Part shown: piece by piece, positions 39,992 to 52,234 of the stretch
How positions within the stretch are numbered: the first letter of the stretch is position 1
How the letters are laid out: the number at the start of each line of letters is the position of its first letter
DNA from: Octopus sinensis
Taxonomy: Eukaryota
DNA length: 64,000 nt
Direction: 5' to 3'
Assembly: GCF_006345805.1 (NCBI RefSeq)
Contig: NC_043006.1
Location: forward strand, 99,758,001 to 99,822,000
The notes under the pieces: generated by a model
What the model was told of the DNA's origin: nothing
Seen by the model: only the letters and a program-made list of their open reading frames with translations
The model's database searches: none
Program-made: the position numbers and the translations under genes

Positions 39992-42124
39992 TTACTTGTT
40001 TTCGAAAGTTCTTTGTCTTTCACCTCACGGTCTTCTTCTATGAGGCTTTATACAGTTTTTCGATGAGTACTTTTGATATCTCCCTACTGCATCAGGGTAA
40101 AGAGATTTCAGGGTGCTGTATGTGTTCTGTGTCACGTGTATTATTTTAATGTGTTGTGGTGGTGTTGTGTGTGGGTGGTTACTTGTTTTATGTCGTTTTC
40201 AGTAATGTTAGTGTTTGACCTAATGTGTTCCATTAGGTCGTGGTTGTTTGTGTTTATGGCTGTCAACATTTTTGGGGGGTTTGATGATGGTGTGTTTGTG
40301 TTGATGTGTGTGTTTTCTGTGGATGTTTTTGTTTCGGGAGTGGTGTATCTTCCCGCTTTGTTTGTTATTTTTCTTTCTTTTTTTCCCCTTTTTCTCCCCC
40401 CTGTGGCTATTTGCCAATCTTCCGTGTCTTCTTCGTCTAATGACAGATCAGACGAATCGGAGTCTGGAAGAGGGAAAGTATTGGGGTCTATTGTCGACTG
40501 TGTGGTGTTGGTTGGTGAGCGTTTGGTTGTGGTGTATGCGTTTTGGATGTGGGGTTTGGGTATTTTGTGTTTGAGTGATTGTGGGTATTGTTGTGTGTTT
40601 AGGGTCTCAATTTTGTGGGGATTGGAGTTGTAATTGTTTCTTCATTTTTGGGGGGTGTCTTTTTGGCAGATGTCCTTGGTTTGGGAGTTGGTATATTCTT
40701 GGTTGTTGTTGTTGGTGATGCTGCTTCTGTTCTTGGTGCTGCAGTTGGTGTGGTTGTTTGTTTGGTGAGGTTTGTTCCTGCAAAAAGTGGTGTGGGTAGT
40801 AAACCTTGTTTATTTGTTTTTGTTTCGGCTGCTGTTGTTGTTGCTGTTGTTTTCTTGCGGCAGATTTGCAGTCTTTTTGAGGTGTTGCTCACTGCCGCAT
40901 ATGTAGCAACGTGGTCTTCTGCCATCGACGACCACATATAACTTGTGGTCGTCTGATACACATATCTGGGTGGGTATTTTTTTTATATCTTCATGATGTA
41001 TATGTAGAAAGAAATTCTATTTTTTGTCCCACCCAGTTTTTATGCTCTGTGACTGTGGTTTCCAAAATAGTATAATTCGCCATTTTTACGCATAAGGCCT
41101 TTACAAGCCATAGACTATTGGCTATTTGGGGGACATTGTTTAGAGTGATCTTAGTCACTTTCTGTCCCCGATAGCTTGGTGTAAGTTGGAGTTCATCTGA
41201 GTGAAGAGTTAGCGTTGAGAAATGTCTAGCTAACTCTTCGGTGTAGAAAACAACTTGTATGTGGGCAAATTTGTTCCACCAGGTTACATATTCTTTGTGA
41301 TCCCAGATGGGTTTCAAGCACTTCTCTATTTTGCTTGTGTTGGCCTTCTCTGGGATTTTGTTTTTTTTGTTAACTATTTTATAAATGATTGTTCGTCTTT
41401 TTTCATTTTCCAAAATATCTTCTGGTATGTTTATTTTTACTATACCTTCTGATTCTGTTATTTTGATGTTCGTGTCCTGTATTTGTTGAGCCGTAAAGTA
41501 CATTGTTGTTTTTTTTTCTTTAATCGCCTCAGCGAATTTGTTGTTGTTTTGTTATTGTTGTTGCTTGTGGTGATGTTTGTTGTTGGCTGCAGTTTGTAAA
41601 ATTGGTGTGTTTGGTTCGATCGTGCTAGTAGGAAGGGGTGGAAAATTGCCTGCGTACTTTAGTCCTGCACTAGGGCAAAATTCGACATTTCGTTTGCTTG
41701 TCGTCGTTATTTTTTCACTTGTTGGTGATGGAGTGAGCAGTGGTTGAAGGGAATTGTTGTTGTCGTCGTTGTTGTTGTTGTTATTGTCGTTCTTGGTGAC
41801 GGCGGTGGTGGTGTGGTAGTATTAGTAGCATTGACGGCACGGTCTTTGGTGGCGGTGAGGTGATGGTGATGTTGGTGTTGTTATGGTGGCGATATCTTTA
41901 GTAGGGATAGCAGTTTTAGTAGCAGATTCTGCCATGGTTGTTGGTGGTGGTGGTGGACTCACTGATGGTGTTGACGGTGCTTGGCCTTGCGACCCCTGTT
42001 TTGTTTTGTTGCTGTTGGTGGTGGTGGAGTTGTCAGGTTCGGCGTATGCTAACAGAGCATCCTGTTTTTCTGTTTCTGCGTCACGCTTGACTTGGAACTC
42101 AGCCTCGTGGTGGCCAGTGGCCAT
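39992..42124 (-). CDS. T5 ORF1 (gag-like; low-complexity ends, RRM-like core, CCHC knuckle; frameshifted)
   Basis: Start MATGHH; core IYKIVNKK...CLKPIWD; YVVVDGRRPRCYICGSEQHLKK; C-terminus homologous to T3/T8 ORF1. Confidence 0.75.
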
Positions 42125-42341
42125 TTTGGAAATAAAATGGCTAAATGAAACCACGAAGGCTATGAGAATTTTTTCTTTTAAATTTTGCCCACAAGGGGCA
42201 AAATTTTGTGTCGATATTTATCAAAGGTTTACAGTGGATGTTGTTGCACAACTTTTAAGCACAAAATGTTTGTCAATATACACTTTTAAATAGTCAAAAT
42301 AAATGATTACCTTCGGAGCTGAAACGACATCACATCCGTCA

Positions 42342-42349
42342 GAGATAGG

Positions 42350-42439
<90 letters not shown>

Positions 42440-42455
42440 ATAGATAGATAGATAG

Positions 42456-42497
<42 letters not shown>

Positions 42498-42504
42498 GAT
42501 AGAT

Positions 42505-42557
<53 letters not shown>

Positions 42558-42565
42558 ATAGATAG

Positions 42566-42611
<46 letters not shown>

Positions 42612-42633
42612 GATGATAGAGAGAGATAGATAG

Positions 42634-42695
<62 letters not shown>

Positions 42696-42711
42696 TGATA
42701 AATAGATAGAT
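42342..42711. repeat. (GATA)n array
   Basis: Directly visible, with scattered indels. Confidence 0.95.
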
Positions 42712-43565
42712 ATGTTCTTTATTAGCCACACAGGGCTGCACACAGATAGAACAAATTACAAGGTAGAGCTTTTCTTGTGAAGGTAAAAAAAAAAAAAAAA
42801 AAAAAAGGAAGGGGGAGGTTCGATCAAAAGGGATCGTAAGGGAGAGAAAGAGGACAAAAATAAGGGGGGTTAAAAAAAAATTTAAAAAAAGGGGGGGGAG
42901 AGGAAAAAAAAATGATCAATAGGGATCGTTATCACAGAAATGTCAATATGAAGTGTAAAGGGGAGGACAGGTGAGGTTACCCGTGGAAAGAAAAGCCTGC
43001 GGAAAAGACCACGGTAACCTCGGTCAATGAAGTCACATTTTATATTTCTTCTTTTTTTTTCCGTTCGGGATAAGCTCTAAGGACACGGCTCGAGAAACAC
43101 GGGGGCCGACCTGCCCGAGAGCGGTCAGAGACGACGAAACCGTTCTGCACGCACTCGTCAGTGTTCCAACAATTTCGACCTGTGGGCTTATGTCGAACAA
43201 CTGCTGTCACGTGTGGGACGAGTCGGTTTATCAGCTGAGTCTATCGTCAATATTGTCACGCCTCCTTCCTTCAACGGGAAGGAAGAGCTAGTTTCATCAT
43301 CCTTGTGGCTATGGCGAAAAGAATGATCTGGTGGACGCGTCTGAAAGGATTGGAGACAAACACTTTCCTCTCTGGTCAATCTCTAATCAACTCTTCAAGT
43401 ACACTGAAAAGGAAAGTGAGAGTAGAGAGGCAAGTTTTGTCTAGCGAAGGTTTAAAAAAAAGAGGTGAATGTAGCAAGAATGGCACGTAGGAATGACGAA
43501 GCACCTGGAGCTAGTCCTATGACCCAGAAATCGAAAACAGAGAGTTGCTTATTTGAAAAAAAAAG
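42712..43565 (-). mobile_element. Tx1 copy T6: 3' UTR (42712-43060, minus) + 5'-inverted ORF2 tail (43061-43565, plus)
   Basis: 43061-43565 reads ccgttcgggataagctc...cagagagttgcttatttgaaaa, the reverse complement of the segment that normally follows the T-run; (GATA)n on both outer sides. Confidence 0.8.
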
Positions 43566-43574
43566 ATGATAAAA

Positions 43575-43627
<53 letters not shown>

Positions 43628-43648
43628 AATAGATAGATAGATAGATAG

Positions 43649-43683
<35 letters not shown>

Positions 43684-43842
43684 AGAGATAGATAGCGAAT
43701 AGATAGATAGATGATAGAGAATAGATAGATAGATAGATAGTAGGTAGATAGATAGATAGATAGATAGGTAGATAGATAGATAGATAAATAGATAGATAAA
43801 ACAGATAGGAGAATAGATAGATAGATAGTAAAAATAGTAGAT

Positions 43843-44005
43843 ATGTTTCTTAATTAGCCACAAAGGCTGCACACAGATAGAACAAATACAAGGTAGGCTT
43901 TTCTTTTGAAGGTATAAAAAAAAAAAAAAAAAAAAAAGGAAGGGGGAGGTTAGATCAAAAGGGATCGTAAAAGGAGAGAAGAGGACAAAATATAGGGGGG
44001 TTGTT

Positions 44006-44037
<32 letters not shown>

Positions 44038-44192
44038 AGAGGAAAAAAAAATGATAATAGATCGTTATCACAGAAATGTCAATATGAGTGTAAAGGGGAG
44101 GATAGGTGAGGTTTACTAGTGGGATGAAAAGATGCGGAAAAGACCACGATAACATAGGGTCAATGAAGTCAGATTTATATTTCTTTTTTTTT
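43843..44192 (-). mobile_element. Tx1 copy T7, 3' UTR only (~350 bp)
   Basis: Same endpoints as T2; (GATA)n on both sides. Confidence 0.85.
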
Positions 44193-44382
44193 AGATAGAT
44201 AGATAAATAGATAGATAGATAGATATGTTTCTTTATTAGCCACACAGGGCTGCACACAGATAGAACAAATTACAAGGTAGAGCTTTTCTTTTGAAGGTAT
44301 TAAAAAAAAAAAAAAAAAAGGAAGGGGGAGGTCGATCAAAAGGGATCGTAAAAGGAGAGAAAGAGGACAAAAATAAGGGGGG

Positions 44383-44416
<34 letters not shown>

Positions 44417-44624
44417 AGAGGAAAAAAATGATCAATAGGGATCGTTATCACAGAAATGTCAATATGAAGTGTAAGGGGAGGACAGGTGAGGTGAGGTTTA
44501 CCCGTGGAAAGAAAAGCCTGCGGAAAAGACCACGGTAACCTCGGTCAATGAAGTCACATTTTATATTTCTTTTTTTTTTTTTTTTTTTTGCAAATAAGCA
44601 ACTCTCTGTTTTCGATTTCTGGGT

Positions 44625-47600
44625 TCATAGGACTATGCTCAAGGTGGCTTCGTCATTCATACGTGCCATTCTTGCTACATTCACCCATCTTTTTTTAAAA
44701 CATTCGCTAGACAAAACTTGCCTCTCTACTCTCACTTTCCTTTTCAAGTGGTACTTGAAGAAGTTGATGAGAGATTGACCAGAGAGGAAAGTGTTTGTCC
44801 AATCCTTTCAGACGCGTCCACCAGATACATTCTTTCGCCATAGCCACAAGGATGATGAAAATAGCTCTTCCTTCCCGTTTGAAGGAAGGAGGCGTGACAA
44901 TATTGACGATAGACTCAGCTGATAAACCGACTCGTCCCACACGTGACAGCAGTTGTTCGACATAAGCCCACAGGTCGGAAATTGTTGGACACTGAACGAG
45001 TGCGTGCAGAACGGTTTCGTCGCTCTGACCGCATCTCGGGCAGGTCGGCCCCGTGTTTCTCGAGCCGTGTCTGTAGAGCTTATCCCGAACGGGTAGCGCT
45101 TCTCGGTAGCACTGCCAGGCCAGGGATCTCTGGAAGTTGTCCATGGGCCCTGGCCCGAAAGTCGTCCCGAACAGGCGGGTCAGGTACTCCTCGTCGACGT
45201 CCAGGTTCGCCCCGAGCTCGTCGTCGTACCTCCCCTCCACTAAACCCCTATAGAATGCTTTGGTTGTGTTGAAGTCACTTAAGGTCGACCCAGGACGGCA
45301 GAGTTGCTTGAGAGCAACGCGACACTCGCGGTGCCATTCGCCCTTCCTCGGCTCTTTTTGATCCACGACTGCAGTTCGGTCATGGAGACGAGCTGCGGGA
45401 AAGCGTGCCTCACAAACGGCGACCACACCTGTTCACCGTCGTCTACATAGAGCCAGAGATGTCGCAGTCTCAGCGCGTGTCTGCGCATCATCAACCACGG
45501 CATGCCCAGCCCTCCTTTTAACGGGTGTTGACAGCAAATGGATCGCCTGACCATCGGGACGCATCCTTTCCACAAGAAGCGAAAGAGGATGCGTTGTAGT
45601 TTGGTGATGGTAGGGTCGGGACAAGGTACGACGGTCAGGCGGTAGTAGATGACGGACGCGATGTACGTGTTCGCCACCTCCGCTCGACCTTTTAGGGACA
45701 GTTTCCTCTCGGCCCATTGCCGGGCGAGAGTGACCACCCTACTCGTTATCTCGTTCCAGTTCTTCTCCACTTGGAGGTCCGGACCAAACCAGACCCCGAG
45801 CAACTCAACCGGGCCGTCGGTCCAGCGTCCCACGACGGAGGCGCTGGTGGACGGCATGGGCTTGCTTCTCCAGGTGCCTAGTCGCAAGCCCACTGACTTT
45901 TCCCGGTTGATTTTCGCTCCTGTCACCGCTTCGTAGTTTTTCAGTGTCTCGCCGACCAGCTCGATGTGCTCGTGGCTAGACACTATGACGGTGACGTCGT
46001 CCGCGTATGCAGACACGCTCGTCCCGCATCCCAATTCTCGCGGGATGCCCCTTAGAGTCGCCAGCTTCCGCAGTAGTGGCTCAAGAGTCAATACGTATAG
46101 AAGCGCCGAGAGGGGGCATCCCTGACGGACCGAACGTGCAATGTCGAAAGGTCTCGATAGATGTCCATTTACGCGAATTACCGAACGGATGCCTCTGTAC
46201 AAGGCAGCTATCCAGCCGCGGAAGACGGGACCGAAACCAGCCGCTCTCAGGACTGCCTCCAAGTATCGATGGTCTACCCTATCAAAGGCTTTTGATTGAT
46301 CCAAGTTGATCAGGGCCACCCATGCCAGGTTCGTTAACTACCCTGTCTATGATGTAGCGCATCAGATGGAGGTTGTCATGGATGGTCCGGCCTGGCACGG
46401 CGCATGTTTGCGCCTTGTCGACCAGTTTCTCGATGACAAGCGCCAACCTCTTGGCTAGCACCTTGGCCAAAATTTTCAAGTCTGCATTAAGCAGAGTGAT
46501 GGGCCTAAAGTTATCTATTACATTTCCCTTGTTTAGATCTTTCTTCAGCAGTGTTACGGCTCCTCGGCTCACAAAACCAGGAATGCTCCCGTTTTGCTGC
46601 CAGTTGCAGTACACCGCCGCCAAGAGATCTCCAAACAAGTCTGGCATACAATTGTAAAGCTCGTAGGGTAGACCATCCAAACCCGGTGATTTGTCCCTCG
46701 AGCATTCTGCCATCGCTTCCCGCACTTCCGCCGCCGTGATGGCACCTTCGCAGCACCCTGCCTTTCTTGTCGAGAGTCGTGGTAGGCTATGTAGGTAGGC
46801 ACTGAAGTCCACCCTACGTTCTTGCCCTCCACTCGTTCCGAACAGTCGGGCAAAATGCTGCTGAAAGGCCTCACACATTTTACTTGGCTCGAGCAATTCG
46901 CGCCCCTGTTCATCTACCAGTGACCGAATGGTGGCTTTGTTGCCCTGTTGCGCCTCTGCCACCCGGGCCTCTCTCGCGGCTCCAACACCTTCGTTCCTTA
47001 GAGCACGCATCCTAGCTCTGACAGCACATCCTTCGTGTTTGGCGTTGAAGTGTTGGTCGAGGGCCAACCTCGCCGCCAAAACGTCGGATGCGATGCCGCT
47101 TCTAATTGCCTCTTCTAGCTTCTTAACTAGCTCACCCTCTACTCTATTTCTATCTATGGCTAGTGCTTTGCTGTACCTAATCGCTTCTGCTTTTACTGCT
47201 CTCTTGAGGGCAAACCACCATTTGTTGTTGATGATGGCTCCCGTCAAAGCCCTCTTTACTAGTGTGCTAATCCGGTCTCTGAAAACTTGTCTCGATGGGA
47301 AAGACGCGTTTAGTTTCCAGTATCCGGGACCCTGCCTAAGTGTCTTACCTAAGTCTAGCGTACATGTCACAAGTTTGTGATCCGTGTAGCTGACTATGTG
47401 GAATTGTGGACATCCTATGCTATCTCTATCTACTGTCCTACACAGTATCCTATCTAGATACGATCTCGACGACCCGATGCGGTTGCTCCATGTCCACGTT
47501 GGCGCATTCGGGTGGTCTAGTCGAAACCTGTCAGACAGTTGAAAGCGTCTGAGCAGGTCTCTGAGGCATTTGCATCCCCGTCTATTCCTATCTCTACCCA

Positions 47601-48056
47601 CGTAGTCTACATGCGTGTCCAAGGTAGCATTCCAATCCCCCACTAAGAGTAAAGGACGAGACGTTCCCAAGAAAACTTCTAGACGTTGAAAGAAATCCGC
47701 CCGACCTGTTAAGGGCGGTGCGTAAACTGATACGAGCCGAAAAGCGCACCCATTGCTGCCGTCGACATCCAGGACGACCAGTCTACCTCCGGGTCTACGA
47801 ATATTGTCCTTACATTGAGATCCAGACTCTTGTGAAAAAGTACCGCGGTGCCACTACCGCCCATTCTCGGCAGACAGGGGGAAAAATAAATGTTGAACTG
47901 TCCGCCAAACATGGTCTTTAGGGCCCGCGGATTGTGGAGTCTGGTCTCGCTTATGGCTATGATTTCTAACTTATGTGACTTTATGTCATTTAAGAGGTAC
48001 CCTTGTTTCCAAGGGGACCCCAAGCCACGCGCATTTACACAACCAATCTTGATCAT
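44625..48056 (-). CDS. T8 ORF2: APE endonuclease + RT + zf-RVT (few frameshifts)
   Basis: MIKIGCVNARG...AISET; LLVGDWNA; YLDRI; YTDH; SPGLDGLPYELY; DQSKAFDRVDH; RQGCPLSALLY; AYADDV; CPRC...HALVQC. Confidence 0.92.
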
Positions 48057-48083
48057 AGTTCTAATGAATTAGAATACAGAGGG

Positions 48084-50091
48084 TTACTTACTGCTCGAAA
48101 GTTTTTGCTTTCTCCTCCGTTGGTTTGTCCTCGAGAAGATCCCAGTACAGTTTCTTTGTGAGATATTTTGGCATTTACCAACCGCACTGGGGAAAATGCC
48201 TTTGAGTGTGTGGTGCAGACTTTTGGAGATGTGTATTATTTTGATGTGGTCTGGTGGTGTTGTGTATGTGGTGGTTTGTTTTTTTTATGTCATCTTCTGT
48301 TATGTTGTTTTTGATTGGATGTATTCCATCAAATTTGTGTTTTTGGTGTCTATGGCTGTGAGCATGTTTGCTGTATATGTTTTTGTGGTGTGTGGTGTGG
48401 CTGTTGTTTGCGTTGGGTTTTGAAATGTCTTCGGGAGATGTATTTCCCCCTGCTTTGTTCGTGTTTGCATTTGGTTTGGTTGTGTTTCTGCTCTTTATTT
48501 TCCTTCTTTTTGTAGCTATTTGCCATTCCTCACTGGTTTCGTCTTCCGACGAAATCTGAGGAATCAGAAGGGGGTAGGGGTATGTTGTGGGCTTCTATGT
48601 ATGTCTGTGTAAGTGGTTGTGTTGTTGTTTTCGTTGTTGTTGGTTGTTGAGTGTTGTGTGTGTTGAGTGCGGTATAAGGGATGGGGGATCAGTTTGTGTG
48701 TGTTTTCTTTGTTTTTCTGTTCCTTTGGGTTTTGCTGTTGATGGTAGTGTTGGTATTTTTCCAGGTGTCGAGTGGTTTTTGGTTGATGACGGATTAGCTT
48801 GGTGTGCTTCTCTTGTCGTCTTCTGTGTTGATGGTGGTGTGGGTAGTAGAGCTTTTTTTCCGGAGTGCTTTGGTTGTGGTAGTGGTTGTTGTTGTTGCTC
48901 TTGGTGTGCAGTGGTTGGGCACGTCTTTTTCAAGTGTGTTTCGCTTCCACACAAATAGCAGCGTGGTCGCCTGCCCTCTACCACTATATAGAGTTTGTAG
49001 CCTCCTGGCAGTTCTATAGCGGTGGGTATCTTCTCTCTTGCTGCTTCATCCAATTGAAGCAGGAATTCGATTGATTTGCCCACATAGTCTTTCTCTCCTA
49101 GAACCGCGATTTCCAGGATGTTTGTCTCTGACATTGTCTCTGACATTTCAAAGCAGATGGCAGAGACCACCCATTGTGTTTCGACATCAAATGGTATGTT
49201 TTTTATTTGGACTTTCGTGACCCTTTTGTTTAAATAGACTGGTATCATTACCAAGTCGTCCGAATGTAGCTCCAATGTGGAAAAACGTTTTGCTAAACTT
49301 TCGTTGAGGAAACGTACTTGGACTGTACCAAATTTGTTTCCCCAACTGATATATTCCTTGGAGTCCCATACAGGACGAAGGCATTATCGATTTTTTCCTG
49401 CGGTGCATTTTCTGTTCTTCTTGTTTTTTTGTTTATTACTTTATAAATTATTGGTTTTTTTTGCGTGTTTTCCACGATGTGTTGTGGAATATGAAGGTGC
49501 AATTTGTCTCCTTCTTTGGAGAAGAGTGCCTTTGTGCGGTTTATCTCTTGTGTGGTGAATGTTACAATTGTTCTTTTTTGTTTTGTTACGTCCGCAAAAT
49601 TCGTTTTGAATTTGGCAGTAGAAGTGTTAATTGTGGCAGTGTTAATTGAAGTCATGGTAGTGGTGTTGGTGTTGGCGGTATTAGCAGCAGAAGGCTTGGA
49701 TGTAGCATTTGACGTCGTAGTAGTGGTGTTGGTGTTGGCGGTGTTGTCTTTGGTAGGCGGCTTTGTGCCAATTTCGTTGTTGTTGTTGTTGGTGGTGATG
49801 GTGGTGGTGCTGGCATTCATGTTTTCGTTTGTATTCATTTTTGAAATCCCTTCTCTGTCCCTTTATCATCAACAAGTGGTGGTGTGGGGAGTGAGGGGAA
49901 ATCTAAGTTAATGTCTTTTCGCGGCGGGCGATGGTGAATGCGACGTTAGATTTGTTGTTGTTGTTGGTGGTGGTGGTGATGGTGGTGACAGCGGTGTTCA
50001 CGCTGCGATGTTTAGCAGCTAGTGGTAGCAATAGTGTTTTGCTACCGTTCTGCATGACTGGCGGGCTAGCCACGTGGTTTCTAGTTGCCAT
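48084..50091 (-). CDS. T8 ORF1 (T/N-rich N-terminus, RRM-like core, CX2CX4HX4C knuckle; frameshifted)
   Basis: Start MATRNHV; YIVVEGRRPRCYLCGSETHLKKTC is an exact CCHC knuckle. Confidence 0.8.
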
Positions 50092-50308
50092 TTTCAAAAT
50101 GAAAAATGGCTAAAAAACCCACGAAAGTTTTGAAAGTTTTTTGTAATTTCGCCCATACAGGGGCGGAATTCTACGTGAATAATTCTCAGGTTTTTTAGTG
50201 AATGAATTTGCACAACGATTAAAACAAAGTATTTGACAACAAGGAGTTTTAAACATGTAAAAGTGGCCAACTTACTTGGAGCCGATATGACTAGCGTCCG
50301 TCCATTGT

Positions 50309-50341
<33 letters not shown>

Positions 50342-50361
50342 ATAGATAGGTAGATAGATAG

Positions 50362-50433
<72 letters not shown>

Positions 50434-50965
50434 TGATTGATAGATGGATAGATAGACAGACACACACATATCCATATATATCCAAACATGTATAGATATG
50501 TGTAAACTGTAAATCTGAGATTTGATTTTTATCTACATATCTAAAGAAACACATTTTGAAATTGAAATCGAATGTTATTCAAACGTAATCTACTGCGGAC
50601 AAATATATGTAGTGAATAAAATAAATTAATAAAACTAATTTTGAAATTCAAATAAAATGTTACCCAAAATGTGCAGGGTTTTTTTTTTATCGCGGGTGCC
50701 ACTGACTTGCGCGGGTGAGCGTCCAGAGAAAATGTGCTGTTGTCATGTTAACAAGCCGTTGATGCCTTGCTGTCTGTTGATGGGCTAAAATTACCCAAAT
50801 TTTGAAAATTTGATTCCAAATGATATAAGACTCTAAATTTACGACATCACGTAATAACTTGAGAATAATCAAAATTCAGAACTGCATCGATACACCAAAA
50901 TTGAAAACAATCTGAGCCAAATTAATGGGGGCTTATTTTATGAGTGAAACATAAAATTGGTTCTA

Positions 50966-51056
50966 GGTAAATTCCACCGTGGTAAATTCCACCACGGAAA
51001 ATTCCACCAGGTAAATTTCACCATAGATAAATTCCACTACGGTATATTCCACCCAT
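50966..51056 (+). repeat. Six tandem 14-16-bp units, consensus ggtaaattccacc
   Basis: Directly visible. Confidence 0.8.
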
Positions 51057-51147
51057 GGACAGACTTGCAATATAATCACTTTAATGTAGTTTCATGGAGT
51101 AAAAATCTATGAAAAAGACTCATCAGAAAATTTCAGAAATAATATAA

Positions 51148-51542
51148 TCTTTATATATAAAAGTGAGGTTGGGTGCTGTCTGTCTCCTACGATTTAGATT
51201 CCTAACTACTGCCACATTTTGCGGTGCAGTGTAACCAAAAGCGGGTATCTTATAGTCGTGATTCATATCGAGCCCTTCAGGGTACTAGCGAGCGTTTACA
51301 ATGAGTCTACGATTTAAAAAAAAAATTACCATCATTTTTCCCATTTTTAATGCATTTTTGCAATTATATAAGGGAAGTAACTCTCTAAAAATGTATTATT
51401 AAATCTCAGAACGTAAAAAGCTACAGTAACACACCCCTTTGTGGTTAGCCATATTGAGATGGCTATTATACTTTACGTCTCTAAAATTGATTATATAGTT
51501 ATTTCCCATACAAACCCGAGCAACGCCGGGCGATACAGCTAG
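51148..51542 (+). mobile_element. Non-autonomous Helitron (395 bp)
   Basis: A|TC 5' end (tctttatatataaaag), subterminal hairpin cccgagcaacgccggg (51515-51530), CTAG|T 3' end, no TSD. Confidence 0.75.
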
Positions 51543-51720
51543 TTTTGGATAAAGAAAAGATAACATTTTATCACACATTATATTACAACAATAGGATAAA
51601 AAATAACAGCGAGCACATTGTGAAGCAGAGTTATGATTAGAAAGCTTAATTTATTAGTTTAAAATTATTTTAAAATTTCTTAAACAAAGACGGTTTACAT
51701 TTTGATATTCTTGAACTAGT

Positions 51721-51995
51721 TTTACTCTTTACTCTCTTTAAATCTTTTACTTGTTTCAGTCATTTGACTATGACCATGCTGGAGCACCGCCTTTAGTCGA
51801 GCGAATCGATCCTAGGACTTATTCTTTGTAAGCCTAGTGATTCTTCTATTGGTTTCTTTGGCCGAACAGCTAAGTTACAGGGACGTAAACACACCAACAT
51901 CGGTTGCCATGCGATGATGGGAGGACAAACACAGATACACAAACATATACTGACACACATACACGCATATACATATATATTTATACATATATACA
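51721..51995 (-). mobile_element. SINE family A, 3' half
   Basis: ttacttgtttcagtcatttgac...gacgtaaacacacc is the reverse complement of the tail of 1587-2000. Confidence 0.8.
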
Positions 51996-52234
51996 ATGGG
52001 TAAGTAGGAGTACTCATTTTGTAGCGTTTACATCTATTCCAACGTAAATACTGTCCTAAACTATCGTGACGATCCTTGTATTCATTTGGTATCAGAGCAG
52101 GGCATCTTAAGACAAGATGGTCTGTTGTTTCGTCAAATATTATTATTATTGTTGTTGTTGTTATTATTATAATTATTATTATTATTATTATTACTATTAT
52201 TATCATTATTACTATTATTATTATTATTATTATT

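Larger units (their letters stand above)
36218..42341 (-). mobile_element. Tx1-clade LINE copy T5, apparently full length (~6.1 kb), distinct subfamily
   Basis: 5' UTR + ORF1 + ORF2 + a ~300-bp 3' UTR unlike that of T8; (GATA)n at both ends. Confidence 0.92.
44225..50308 (-). mobile_element. Tx1-clade LINE copy T8, apparently full length (~6.1 kb)
   Basis: 5' UTR, ORF1, ORF2 and ~400-bp 3' UTR; (GATA)n at 44193-44224 and 50309-50460. Confidence 0.93.
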
